From a virus: a DNA stretch of 64,000 nucleotides. Under the pieces are notes generated by a model. The model ran no database searches and was not told where the DNA came from. It saw only the letters and a list, made by a program, of their open reading frames with translations. The stretch spans positions 43,402-107,401 of IMG/VR virus record IMGVR_UViG_3300032053_000016. One strand, given 5' to 3'. Below are positions 45,813 through 55,974 of the stretch, piece after piece; within the stretch, counting starts at the first letter, position 1; each line of letters opens with the position of its first letter. Position numbers and translations under genes: made by a program.

Positions 45813-48218
45813 ATGTACATCCACCTTCAAACATCACACCAAGTCGTCACGCTACCAGACGATTTTCTCACTCTCAAACAGATCGATGGTGAGGATCTCG
45901 TTTTTGAACTGAAGTACCTTTTTGATCAAGAGGTAGGGATCAAACAGGGCATCACGAGCGTGAGCGTCGAGATCGCAAAGAATTCTCCGCCGAAGTTCGC
46001 GTCAGATGATCCAAACATCGTGCGTGGGATCCAGCAGCAAAAGGGTATTCACACGCGACGAATCACGAACTACATCAAGAATGATCTCGTCACGACAGTC
46101 GCGAGTGATCCTACTAAAAACGTGAACAACGAGATCGTTCCTCTTTACAAGCGTGGGTTCAACTCAACGCAGATCCCACAGCTTTTTTCTCGCAGGTTGA
46201 AAGCAGTTCGTCTTCAAGATGCAAAGAACCCGATCACTCTTGTAAACGCACAACACGATGTTGGCGAAGAAAGCTCGGAACAGAAGATCGCCGAAGAGCT
46301 CTTGATGCTTGGCGCAGATCCCAGCATGTCATACGAGGAAAATGATCTTGGGTTGTCGTTGAACGAGAGTCATAACGGCACACATCGTGCTAGTCCATCG
46401 GTCTTCACCACCAAGGTTCAGAAGACGTTGTACAAGTATAAAATGCTACCACATCTGAAGCCCATCGAACAAACATCGCCAGGTGAAGTCGGTGTCGTTA
46501 TTTTCGATGACAGCGCAACACCCGATCAGTTCGTAACGGAACGTGTAACCGTTGACGGTCGTCACGCCGAAGTAAAAGACAAGATCAGGTTCACGCTGCC
46601 TGCTACAAGTCCAGATAGACTCACACTGATCCTGAAGGCAAAGGATTCATCTGGCGTGACAATGCAGATCCTTGAACGTGTGTTCCATCCACGTGAGTAC
46701 ATCAAGTACTTCAGCATTCCTACGATCGCTCCGATTGTCAAGTTGAGCAATCAAACTGACAAGACGTACGGCATGCTTAGCATCAAACAGGTCGATCCAG
46801 TTGCCACACATGTTCGTGTTTACAAGCGTGTGTATGATCACTTCACGGTCAACGACGAACAATACACTCTTGTGAATGAGTTCGATCTAGTTCCATCAAA
46901 TGGTTGGAAATACATCCCAGTGGAGATATCGTTGGGCAACACGAACATCTACCGTGTGGTCCCGCTCAGCGCGCTTGGCATTCATGGTTCAGACTTTGCA
47001 ACCATCGTAGTCAAGCCTAAAATGCGAAATCCAGCGATAAAACGCGTCGTTGTCACGACGAAACCACAGCTACAGAGCGTGTTGCTAGAGGTGTCAAAAC
47101 TCCCATCAGACTGCGTGTCGTTTCAGATGCTACGTGAAGATGTGACACTTGACAAAGGAACGCGCGTGTTTGTTGAAACCCCTGTGAGAACAGAAAGCAA
47201 CGATCCTAACCATGTGTACACGCTCACTGACATAGGCGTCAAACAGAACCATGTGTACGCTTACCACTGTCGCATCTTCAGGAAGACAGGAAGTCACGAG
47301 GATAGGTTGGCGACCCATTACGAGCACGTCGCGCTCGTTGAGAACGTCGTTGAAACAAAGATCGTTGATACGATGTTGCAGCTAACAAACTCAGGTTACG
47401 ACGTCCAGTTCACCATCTCCACCACAGTTGTGAGCACGAACGTTGATCAGATCAAGCAGATGCTGGAACGTCAAGGTTTGTACGAGATATTCAAGGATGA
47501 CGTGGCAGATGTTCGCGATCAGCTTGCGAAGCTGATCGCTCATAACGTGAAACGAGTTGATTTGACTACAGGCGACGTTGAGGATTTCGGGACTGTCACG
47601 GCAGATAAATTCTCTGATCTCACATCACGAAATGTGACAGGCGTCTCTGAACTACGTTTAGGTCACAAGTACCGATACATCGTGACCGCTCTTTTACGCA
47701 CCCCCGAAACGCTGTTGGAGTCGTTCATCAAGACATCGCGTGACACGATCACCGGACGTGATTACTCGTACAGTCCGTTCAAATTCCTTCACCCTGTCGT
47801 AGCAAAATACGGGAACATCGTGACTCCAAGCTCAATCCGCACGAACTACTCCAAAGATCCCATGACATTTGGAGAGATTGGCAACCACACTACGGTTGAG
47901 ATCGCGCTTGACAAGCAGAACTCAATCATCACGTCTGCTACACGTGTGAAGAAAGGAAGCGACGTTGATGTGCTTCAATGGGTGCTGGTTGGCCCTTCTA
48001 AGGACGTTGATCACTTCCAGATTGTCGTTGAACACGGTGGGAAGAAGACGACCGTCGGCAAAGCAACGTGCGTGCCAGAGACCGACAACTTCTTGTATGT
48101 GCGACGTCTAGATCAAACAGAAGTTGGTCTTGATCTGAAGTACTACGTGTGTCCTGTGTACCACGATTACGTTCGCGGTCGCGAAATCCTTGTGGCAAAC
48201 ACCGAGGGCAGCTCGTGA
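45813..48218 (+). CDS. large putative virion structural protein (beta/Fn3-like domains)
   Basis: About 800 aa, beta-rich, with Y.YRV-type motifs; same operon as 44876. Confidence 0.55.
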   Translation: MYIHLQTSHQVVTLPDDFLTLKQIDGEDLVFELKYLFDQEVGIKQGITSVSVEIAKNSPPKFASDDPNIVRGIQQQKGIHTRRITNYIKNDLVTTVASDPTKNVNNEIVPLYKRGFNSTQIPQLFSRRLKAVRLQDAKNPITLVNAQHDVGEESSEQKIAEELLMLGADPSMSYEENDLGLSLNESHNGTHRASPSVFTTKVQKTLYKYKMLPHLKPIEQTSPGEVGVVIFDDSATPDQFVTERVTVDGRHAEVKDKIRFTLPATSPDRLTLILKAKDSSGVTMQILERVFHPREYIKYFSIPTIAPIVKLSNQTDKTYGMLSIKQVDPVATHVRVYKRVYDHFTVNDEQYTLVNEFDLVPSNGWKYIPVEISLGNTNIYRVVPLSALGIHGSDFATIVVKPKMRNPAIKRVVVTTKPQLQSVLLEVSKLPSDCVSFQMLREDVTLDKGTRVFVETPVRTESNDPNHVYTLTDIGVKQNHVYAYHCRIFRKTGSHEDRLATHYEHVALVENVVETKIVDTMLQLTNSGYDVQFTISTTVVSTNVDQIKQMLERQGLYEIFKDDVADVRDQLAKLIAHNVKRVDLTTGDVEDFGTVTADKFSDLTSRNVTGVSELRLGHKYRYIVTALLRTPETLLESFIKTSRDTITGRDYSYSPFKFLHPVVAKYGNIVTPSSIRTNYSKDPMTFGEIGNHTTVEIALDKQNSIITSATRVKKGSDVDVLQWVLVGPSKDVDHFQIVVEHGGKKTTVGKATCVPETDNFLYVRRLDQTEVGLDLKYYVCPVYHDYVRGREILVANTEGSS

Positions 48219-51200
48219 GCATCACCGTGAGGAAATCGGCTGTCACCGCAGCCTCCATCTCCATCCAACCAAAACCACTTGTTTCAACGTCTGCAATCGT
48301 CTCAACTACCACTAGTCAAAAACTGTCCATAACGAACATTTTGGCATCGTTGGCTGTAGCACCTGCAAAATCAAAGTTCTCGTTCGATCGCTTCGACTTC
48401 AAGGCAATCTACACAGGGTTGTACCTGACTGCACCTGATCGTCGTTACAACGATGAACTCCCACATTCGACAGCAAAGTTCACAGCGTTCGAAGAACTAA
48501 GCGGCATCGCTTCCTCTAGGCCAGACATCCTCAGCGTTTCCGAGTTCAAACCACTGTTTGAAGGAAACAACAGTGGATTCACAGCTGCAGGTGAGTTCAT
48601 GGATGCGCAAGTAAAGCTGATGAACCTACGGCATGAAGCTGTCGTCACACTCGTCAACGATCTCAAGAAGGACGAGAAGTTAGCGGAACAACTGGATCAG
48701 ATCGAACGCGATTTCCTTCTACATGTGGAGAACCTGAAATCACAAGCAGATTTCTTGGTCAGCTTGCAGAAGTACATCCAACGCCTCAGCAACCTTCTTG
48801 ATCTGCGTGACACCGGCACAAAGATCGATGCTGCTGCTCTGTTGGCCCAGTACTACTCGTCAATCTACAACAACGTCACGTCGGCAAAAGATACGTTGCC
48901 AATCTTCACGTACGCTGATCTGCTTGGACAGCATGGTTTTGACAAGAAAAATGTGAATGGGTTCAGCAGCACCAAGATCCTTCTTCAAACGCTGTTTGAG
49001 GCGAAAAAGATCCTTAGAGCAGGCAGTGATTCCCTAGTGAGTGTGGATGTGTCTCTCGCTGCGAAAGACAAAGACGCGTCAACGATCAATCGACGTGTTT
49101 ACAGCGATCCACACGTGAAACTCGGAAAAATCACAGACTTCCCAAGCTTTTCAGACGTTGCAACGTTTGGGATCCATAACTCAGACACCAAACGAACGTC
49201 GTACGTGAAGCAGTTGGAAAATGGTTTCCGTGCCATCGACACTGTGTATGCAGGCGCGTCTTCAGACGAGATCGCTTACACGCTAAAATTGCGGACATTT
49301 GCCCGTGAAGCGTCGTATTCTAAAGCGTTGAACGATCCCGCGGTGTCAACTCTGTTGTCGCAGTACGGCTACCAGCTCAGCACAACTGTTGGAAATCAGC
49401 AACTGTTTGATGCAGTTTACGGACAACTAGGAAGTCGCATCACCGACGATCGAACAGGTGTGAACGCGAACTCGTTGAGTTCGATCGCCTCTCGGATCGT
49501 CGGTGACGTCTCTGTGCTCACCTACGAGGTCGATTATCTCGAGGATGATCAGGGGAGCGTGTTCACGCCAGGCGCAGCATTTTACATTGGCTCCACGGTC
49601 AAACCAAGTGACAACGGGTTCTCTATCGACAACGCAGCTGCTCTTGTGTCAAGACTGTCAACGATCATCGACAAATACGTGGATTTTGTCGGAAAATTCA
49701 ACATCCTACCGCGTGTTGGAAACATCCTTAACACGCAGTCTGAAACGCAGTTGATCACCGATCCTTCGTTGATGACCAACGCGTTGTACAGCATCTTTGT
49801 GGAAAGCGACGGCAACCACTTGATGAACGACGTGGAGGATAATCCAATAGTCAACCTCTTCGCAGAGGCAGCCACGAACGCGACGTTGCGCGCGAACCTG
49901 CACCTGTACATGTGTTGCGTTGGCAACGTGACAGGCGATGGCTTGGTGGACGCCGTTGGTGCTCGTGAGAACGCCGGCGTGAGTCTGAGTCAGGAATCGT
50001 TGAACGCGGCAGCGGCCGCTGAGAATCGCAATGCGGCCATCAGCCCAACGATTGACAAGCTCATCAACAACTGTATCTCTTACTACAAGAGCATCACGAA
50101 GGATTCTGCAGGAGCAGCCAAGATCGAACACTCGTTGAAGAATTTCAACGAGCAAGGTCCATTGGCTCGATCGATCGCCTACGTGGTTGCGGTCTACGGA
50201 ACATACAAGAAGATCGCGGAATCTAGTCCAACACGTTACTCACACCTCACAGACAACATGATGGTCGCACTGTCAGTGCAAAGCGTGTTCGACACCGCAC
50301 GTCGCTACGCCTCGGCAGGTGTGAGCCAAAATGTTGCGATGTTGGCGAACCAGAACTTTGCAGCAGTCGCCAGCAGCAAAGGTTCGTTGGTCGCAAGTCT
50401 CTTTGGATCGCAAACGACGACTCAACACGTCGTTGCTGCTCCCACCACGAAGACGACCGCGAAAGCTCTTGGTCGTGTGAAGTTGCCAGCTCAACCAACC
50501 GTCGCTGTCAAGGCGCCCGTGCTGAGTAGGGCAAGGATCACCACAAAGTTGCCTTTGAAGCAAGCTGTGTTGGCAAGGTTGGATCGTGAAGAAACGCTTT
50601 CCATTCGCACAGCGTTGGCTCCTCTCAACGCGATTCGAGTCGTTCGTGACGGGTTGAAGGATTACGTTGTCTACCTGCAAAAAGCAGACAGTGTCAAGAT
50701 GATCAACGATATCTTGGCGGTCGTTGGCGATCGAAAGCTTGTTGAACTGTTAGGTGATCGTGGGCAAGTACAACTGCTCTACAACACTGTGGAAGGCATT
50801 CTTGAGAAGATCGATCCGGCGTCGACAACAAACGCAACTGTCACCAATCTTGTCGATGTCACGTCTCTAACACGTTCGGTCGATCCGGCCGAGGATCTGA
50901 AGATCTTCGATGACTCCTTCATCACAAGCAAGACGCTTGATGTGCTTAAGGCTGTCTTTTCGAACGCGAAGTACAACATCGCGCGAGGCTCAAACATTCG
51001 TGTCATCACCTTTGGTCTTCCACATGGCTTCGCGGCGAAGTTAAGGAACAAGTTCAAGTTGACAAGCTTTGCCGAGCAGGTAAACAGCAAGTTGAAGCAG
51101 AACGACGTGGTGATCGCAGACGTGTACAAAGTCGACGTTCGTTACCCCGATCTTGTCTTCAAGCCGATCTCGCGCGTGTTCGAGCTGAGCCGTTTCCCAG

Positions 51201-52066
51201 TGCGTAACGAGAACAGCTTCAAGAAGGCGGGCGTAGGCATGTCTCTTGAAGACGCGTTGGATGCCGTTCCAACCAGAGATTACACGAACATCGACTCGCC
51301 TGTCACGACAACAGACGTGCCTCAATTTGGATCTGGCGCGAACGTTGCGTACGACTTCTTGACAAAACTTGATCGTTTGAGCATGATCCGTAACCACACA
51401 ACAAGCTACATGCTCGAGCTCTACTTTCGCATCTTGACTGGCATCCCGTTGAGCGAGCGCGAGCTTTACATTGCCGATCCCGATGAAAATGATCGTCCTA
51501 TGCCGTTCATCGTGCGTGCCGTGTTGAACAACATCACCGAAAAGACATTCAAGGCTCCGCCGCCTCCACCGACGCCGAAAGTTGTGCCTCCTATGCTCGC
51601 TACTGCGAAATTAGCAGAAAAAGGAAAATGGTCTGCTGTCAACGGGAAGTTCGACGTCAAAATTGAGAGCAATGGTGCTACAAGATACCTCGTGGGAACG
51701 AAAGCACACGCCGCGGCGATCGCACCGTTGGCCGGTAAAAAGACAGTGTACATCGATCATGCCACTTCTGGCAAATACATGATGTCACCCAAGCTCTTCG
51801 AACGTGTCTTCTTTGTGGACATCGATCCTGACGACTACGAGATCGATCACGACGAGACATTCAAGACCGAAGCGGGTCGCAAAATGTTCACACAGTTGCA
51901 GCAAGCCGGCGAAGTGGTGACCATCACCAACAGTTTCGAACAGGCTAATTCGCTGTCACGCGACACCTACAAGCTCAAAGATCACACGATAGAAAAACAG
52001 ATGATCTTCGAGAAGTACTTCATCACCGTTCGATCCTACGCGCCACTCCCTGTGAGGTCAATTTGA
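48215..52066 (+). CDS. very large hypothetical protein, probably virion-associated
   Basis: About 1280 aa, coupled on both sides; no catalytic motif recognised. Confidence 0.6.
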   Translation: MSITVRKSAVTAASISIQPKPLVSTSAIVSTTTSQKLSITNILASLAVAPAKSKFSFDRFDFKAIYTGLYLTAPDRRYNDELPHSTAKFTAFEELSGIASSRPDILSVSEFKPLFEGNNSGFTAAGEFMDAQVKLMNLRHEAVVTLVNDLKKDEKLAEQLDQIERDFLLHVENLKSQADFLVSLQKYIQRLSNLLDLRDTGTKIDAAALLAQYYSSIYNNVTSAKDTLPIFTYADLLGQHGFDKKNVNGFSSTKILLQTLFEAKKILRAGSDSLVSVDVSLAAKDKDASTINRRVYSDPHVKLGKITDFPSFSDVATFGIHNSDTKRTSYVKQLENGFRAIDTVYAGASSDEIAYTLKLRTFAREASYSKALNDPAVSTLLSQYGYQLSTTVGNQQLFDAVYGQLGSRITDDRTGVNANSLSSIASRIVGDVSVLTYEVDYLEDDQGSVFTPGAAFYIGSTVKPSDNGFSIDNAAALVSRLSTIIDKYVDFVGKFNILPRVGNILNTQSETQLITDPSLMTNALYSIFVESDGNHLMNDVEDNPIVNLFAEAATNATLRANLHLYMCCVGNVTGDGLVDAVGARENAGVSLSQESLNAAAAAENRNAAISPTIDKLINNCISYYKSITKDSAGAAKIEHSLKNFNEQGPLARSIAYVVAVYGTYKKIAESSPTRYSHLTDNMMVALSVQSVFDTARRYASAGVSQNVAMLANQNFAAVASSKGSLVASLFGSQTTTQHVVAAPTTKTTAKALGRVKLPAQPTVAVKAPVLSRARITTKLPLKQAVLARLDREETLSIRTALAPLNAIRVVRDGLKDYVVYLQKADSVKMINDILAVVGDRKLVELLGDRGQVQLLYNTVEGILEKIDPASTTNATVTNLVDVTSLTRSVDPAEDLKIFDDSFITSKTLDVLKAVFSNAKYNIARGSNIRVITFGLPHGFAAKLRNKFKLTSFAEQVNSKLKQNDVVIADVYKVDVRYPDLVFKPISRVFELSRFPVRNENSFKKAGVGMSLEDALDAVPTRDYTNIDSPVTTTDVPQFGSGANVAYDFLTKLDRLSMIRNHTTSYMLELYFRILTGIPLSERELYIADPDENDRPMPFIVRAVLNNITEKTFKAPPPPPTPKVVPPMLATAKLAEKGKWSAVNGKFDVKIESNGATRYLVGTKAHAAAIAPLAGKKTVYIDHATSGKYMMSPKLFERVFFVDIDPDDYEIDHDETFKTEAGRKMFTQLQQAGEVVTITNSFEQANSLSRDTYKLKDHTIEKQMIFEKYFITVRSYAPLPVRSI

Positions 52067-53925
52067 GCACATCTAAACCTTCAAGTGAGATCCACGTCAT
52101 CGACGTTCCTGACGTAGGTGGGTTCACCTCGCGTTTCGTGTACAACTACCACATCAAGGATGAAGGCACGAACGGAGCTGCTGGCGTAGCGCAAGCCTTG
52201 CTGACGAAACCAGGCGAGTACTTCGACGCACACATCGTTGACTACCTTGCGATGGCAAAAGCGCCACGCTACGTGGTCTTCACATGGAGTCCTGTCAGTT
52301 ACCGTGATCGGTTGTACGGACAGTCACCGTACTTCCAGGATGATGAGATCCCCAAAAATTACGTGCGTGACAACCTCGCAAAGGTGTTGAGCGAGGAGCA
52401 TTTCGCGTCCGACAAGTTCACAAGCTACAACATCAGTGATCAGAGCATTGATCGCAAGCTGTACTCGTACATCTCAGCATCAGCAAATGTGCTCAACTCG
52501 CAACGTCAGAACGCTTCGACGCAACGTGGTCTCGCGTTGCAGACGAACGAGCTCACGTCAAACCAGGTCGACTACCAGTTCCTTTCCAAGTACCTTGTGC
52601 AGCCAGCTGAGGACGGTGCGTTCTTTTACACACGTGACTCGCAACGTGTACGCAACGATGTTGTGAACAAGCTCAAGGATTTCAACATTCAGGTTCAACT
52701 CAACAACAACATCATCCACACGTTGATCAAGCGCGCGATCGCATTTCCAGAGTCAACGTTTGACAGCGTTCACCTGCCGATGTACGAGGTCTCACGTAAG
52801 TTGCAAGGGAAAGCGCAGACACGCGGCATCAGAGACCTCAAGGCCGACGACTACAGAACCGTTGCCCCGGCGTACGTGAAGTTGAAAGCAATGAAATCAG
52901 CTGATCCAGGCCTTGCAACGCACGCTCGGATCGTTGGGTACATCATCAACCGGTACGAGATCTTGGGCGATGGACGATCAGTCGCCTTGGACCCGATCGT
53001 CATAGAGAACCCCAAAGCGTCGTCGACAGTTGACTTGAACGTGAAGTACTACGCGAGGTACCAGTACACTGTGCGTTCTGTGGCAGAGTTTAGCATCCCC
53101 TCAATCGTGGAGGATACAAACGAACTGGTGGTCTCGAAGTTCCTCATCGCCTCACGTCCAAGCGCACCACTAGTCGTGTCGTGTGTTGAGCTTGTGCCAC
53201 CGCCGGCGCCGGCTGACGTGCGCTTCACATGGAACTGGGACACAGATAAACTCTTCATCAGTTGGTCGTTTCCACCCAACCCGCAACGTGACATCAAGCA
53301 GTTCCAGGTGTTTCGACGTCGCAGCACCACTGAACCGTTCGAGCTTGTGAAACAGATCTCCTTCGACGATTCCACGGTGCCTGCGCCTTACGCTGAACGC
53401 CCTGATCCACGTCATGTAGAGGATGTCACGAACCCAAAACTCTGTTGGATCGACGACGAGTTCACACGTGATTCAAGCTTCATCTACGCGCTTGGCAGTG
53501 TAGACGCACATGGAATGGTCTCGACGTACGGTCCGCAATCGCAGGTGTCTTACCTCAAGTACCGTAACCGTCTGTCTGTTTCACGTGTCTCACCAGGCGG
53601 TGCGCCACGCCCGTACCCAAATATGCATCTACGTGTTGACACGTTTGTCGACAGCGTGATCGAATCCAAGAAGCACACGATGAAGGTTGCCTTCGTCCCC
53701 GAACACAACCTGATCATTGACAAGAACAACAACGACCTTGGGTTCATCAAGACAGAGGACAAGGGTGGTCACTACAAGATCCTAGCGATGAACACGGATC
53801 TAGCGACAGCGCAGGTTGTGGACATCGTGATCAAGGATCAACGTCCAGCTGACGTTGTCCAAAAGCCACCGAGCGCTGTCGCGATCCCGGATTACGGGAA
53901 CACGCTCGCGAAAAGTCTGAAGTGA
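52063..53925 (+). CDS. putative virion structural protein with Fn3-like domains
   Basis: YQYTVRSV; PPPAPADV..ISWSFP..FQVFRR..YALGSVDAHG. Confidence 0.6.
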   Translation: MSTSKPSSEIHVIDVPDVGGFTSRFVYNYHIKDEGTNGAAGVAQALLTKPGEYFDAHIVDYLAMAKAPRYVVFTWSPVSYRDRLYGQSPYFQDDEIPKNYVRDNLAKVLSEEHFASDKFTSYNISDQSIDRKLYSYISASANVLNSQRQNASTQRGLALQTNELTSNQVDYQFLSKYLVQPAEDGAFFYTRDSQRVRNDVVNKLKDFNIQVQLNNNIIHTLIKRAIAFPESTFDSVHLPMYEVSRKLQGKAQTRGIRDLKADDYRTVAPAYVKLKAMKSADPGLATHARIVGYIINRYEILGDGRSVALDPIVIENPKASSTVDLNVKYYARYQYTVRSVAEFSIPSIVEDTNELVVSKFLIASRPSAPLVVSCVELVPPPAPADVRFTWNWDTDKLFISWSFPPNPQRDIKQFQVFRRRSTTEPFELVKQISFDDSTVPAPYAERPDPRHVEDVTNPKLCWIDDEFTRDSSFIYALGSVDAHGMVSTYGPQSQVSYLKYRNRLSVSRVSPGGAPRPYPNMHLRVDTFVDSVIESKKHTMKVAFVPEHNLIIDKNNNDLGFIKTEDKGGHYKILAMNTDLATAQVVDIVIKDQRPADVVQKPPSAVAIPDYGNTLAKSLK

Positions 53926-53932
53926 CGCTATC

Positions 53933-54211
53933 GTGGAAGGTGTGGAAATACCTCAAGTCCCTTGCTGCTCACATCAGATCTTCGCGTTGGTGGATGTGGA
54001 CGTCACGGTCCACCGTGTGGATCCTGACTTAGAGTTCGTCGTGTGCTCTCACTGCAACAGCGGATGGATCCGAGACGTTTCAGCGTGGACACGCTTAGAC
54101 GAATCCATGACACGATTGAACGTGCGAATAGATGCCTTGGGTGTACACATCAAGAAGATGGTAGACAGCACTAATGAGCTCGCGGCCGCGTTGCTGAAAG
54201 CAGATACGTGA
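53933..54211 (+). CDS. hypothetical protein
   Basis: 92 aa; CxH..CxxC followed by a coiled coil. Confidence 0.55.
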   Translation: MEGVEIPQVPCCSHQIFALVDVDVTVHRVDPDLEFVVCSHCNSGWIRDVSAWTRLDESMTRLNVRIDALGVHIKKMVDSTNELAAALLKADT

Positions 54212-54717
54212 GCCTTCTCATCTTACACGAGCCAGGCAACCGAGAAGCCTTGGCTGACATCCTCGGTGACATACAGGCACCATTGGTGGAGAAACCAACC
54301 GAGGAATGGCTCACGACGCTCGTGGCGTGGATGGTTGACGAGCAGCCAGACGACGCTCGCGCGATCTACGTGTCGAACGACGCTACGTTCGCCGACGCGT
54401 TGCAGCTCACATGCGATGTTGGCGCTCGGTTGGAGGCTGAACTAGCTGGTAGGTTCAAGAAGATCGTCCCTGTTGAGGGAGCTGTCATCCCATTCACCAG
54501 CCTTGATGGGGAACTATCGGCCTGTGTGGTCGATAACGTCAAGCTGACGATCATGAGCGAGGATCCAAGGGAGATCACCTGCGCGCTCGCTGCCGAGATG
54601 CTGAAGGCCGATCCATCGCACGACACCCTGTTCATCCGTCAGCTGATCAGGAAGTACACTGTGTCAGCTGGGTTTAGTCGTTACGACACACGTTTCGCAA
54701 CCGCGAAGACGGCGTAG
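54208..54717 (+). CDS. hypothetical protein
   Basis: 169 aa, coupled. Confidence 0.6.
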   Translation: MSLLILHEPGNREALADILGDIQAPLVEKPTEEWLTTLVAWMVDEQPDDARAIYVSNDATFADALQLTCDVGARLEAELAGRFKKIVPVEGAVIPFTSLDGELSACVVDNVKLTIMSEDPREITCALAAEMLKADPSHDTLFIRQLIRKYTVSAGFSRYDTRFATAKTA

Positions 54718-54726
54718 TTACAAGGC

Positions 54727-55035
54727 ATGGACGAACAAGCTCTTCGAAAGTACGTGCGCACGATCTTGGAAGGTGCGATGAGCGAATCGATGACCGACAA
54801 GCAGCTTCTGCAGAAGGTCGACAACGGCCCGTTCCACTCGATGCCGATCGATGAACTCTCTCCAGAAGAGGTTGAGGCGGCTGAGACGTTGACGATGCGC
54901 GGGTTGCTCCGTCGCATGCCGGCGACAAACCGCTTCCCTGAGCGTTTCGTGCTCACCGCCGGAGGCAGTCACGCAACCGGCACGTTCGCCTCAGACACAC
55001 TTCACGACGAGAAGCCACGCCGTCGACGATACTGA
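54727..55035 (+). CDS. hypothetical protein (possible winged helix)
   Basis: N-terminus ALRKYVRTILE; L..RGLLRR..FVLTAGG. Confidence 0.6.
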   Translation: MDEQALRKYVRTILEGAMSESMTDKQLLQKVDNGPFHSMPIDELSPEEVEAAETLTMRGLLRRMPATNRFPERFVLTAGGSHATGTFASDTLHDEKPRRRRY

Positions 55036-55069
55036 AGACAGCTAAAGTGACGGTCATGAGAACCTGGCT

Positions 55070-55351
55070 GTGACCGACGAGTACGCGTTGCTGATGGCCT
55101 TGGTTGAGCATGCCGAGTCAGGCGAGACTGCCTACGAGCTGAGCGTCGACGTCGAGCACGTCGAGCAGACAGATGACATCTACCGCACGTGCTGCGCCGT
55201 GTACGTTGACGGGGAGCAAGCGTTCTTGATCGACATGAAAGAGCTGTCCACGTGGCTGATCTCGCCGAGCAGGCTGAGGCCTTTCGGCAACGTTTACATA
55301 CGAAACAGACATCGCAAGGATTTCAGGCTTGAAGACGAACCGATGAAGTAG
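55070..55351 (+). CDS. hypothetical protein
   Basis: 93 aa ORF. Confidence 0.55.
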   Translation: MTDEYALLMALVEHAESGETAYELSVDVEHVEQTDDIYRTCCAVYVDGEQAFLIDMKELSTWLISPSRLRPFGNVYIRNRHRKDFRLEDEPMK

Positions 55352-55695
55352 GTTCTTGACATGCGTAAGACCAAACTGCAGCAACTGCGGATGTCGAAAT
55401 GCGAGAACAAGCTGTTCTCCTGCAGCGTTCATAAAATCGCCGAGAAGGCTGACGAACTCAACGAGCTGTTCAAGGATGGATGGCTCACTGAGGAGACGCA
55501 GGTCGTCGGCGACACGTATCTTGTGCTCTTGAAGAAGGAGCATTCCGGACGCAAGGTGTTCTACGTCGACGTGGGCAACATGGCGCCGGAGGAGGTCACA
55601 GCGTACATGGATCGTGTGAAGGAGCTGACGTCTAACCCGGACAAGGATAGCGACTTCTACATTCCAGGCAGGTGATCGCGTAGGTTCTTGACATG
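55348..55695 (+). repeat. 16-bp direct repeat GTAGGTTCTTGACATG at 55348-55363 and 55680-55695
   Basis: Exact match; each copy ends on the ATG of consecutive genes. Confidence 0.85.
55361..55675 (+). CDS. small protein ending in a T4 gp20-like portal clip fragment
   Basis: RKVFYVDVGNMAPEEVTAYMDRVK..DFYIPGR matches the portal motif RRVFYxDxGNxP...DYxxPxR. Confidence 0.7.
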   Translation: MRKTKLQQLRMSKCENKLFSCSVHKIAEKADELNELFKDGWLTEETQVVGDTYLVLLKKEHSGRKVFYVDVGNMAPEEVTAYMDRVKELTSNPDKDSDFYIPGR

Positions 55696-55974
55696 ACGGA
55701 CGCTATGACCATGCTGCTCAACCTGATCACCCTCGCTGAATCCGACCCGACAGCGATCAAGCTTGAGGTGAGCCGTACGTACTACGATCCAGAGGACTTC
55801 ACGCCACGTAAGACGGTGAGGGTTGACGGCTCTCAGGTGTGCGTCGTGGAGCTTGCAGACGTGATGGAGGCGTCGAAGGACTGGCCCGCTCTGCGACACG
55901 AGACGCTAGAGAAGTACATGCCAACGTTGAAGCCGGGGATGATCCCGGTGGGGGAGCCGGTCGAGGACTCGTGA
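55693..55974 (+). CDS. hypothetical protein
   Basis: 93 aa ORF. Confidence 0.55.
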   Translation: MTDAMTMLLNLITLAESDPTAIKLEVSRTYYDPEDFTPRKTVRVDGSQVCVVELADVMEASKDWPALRHETLEKYMPTLKPGMIPVGEPVEDS

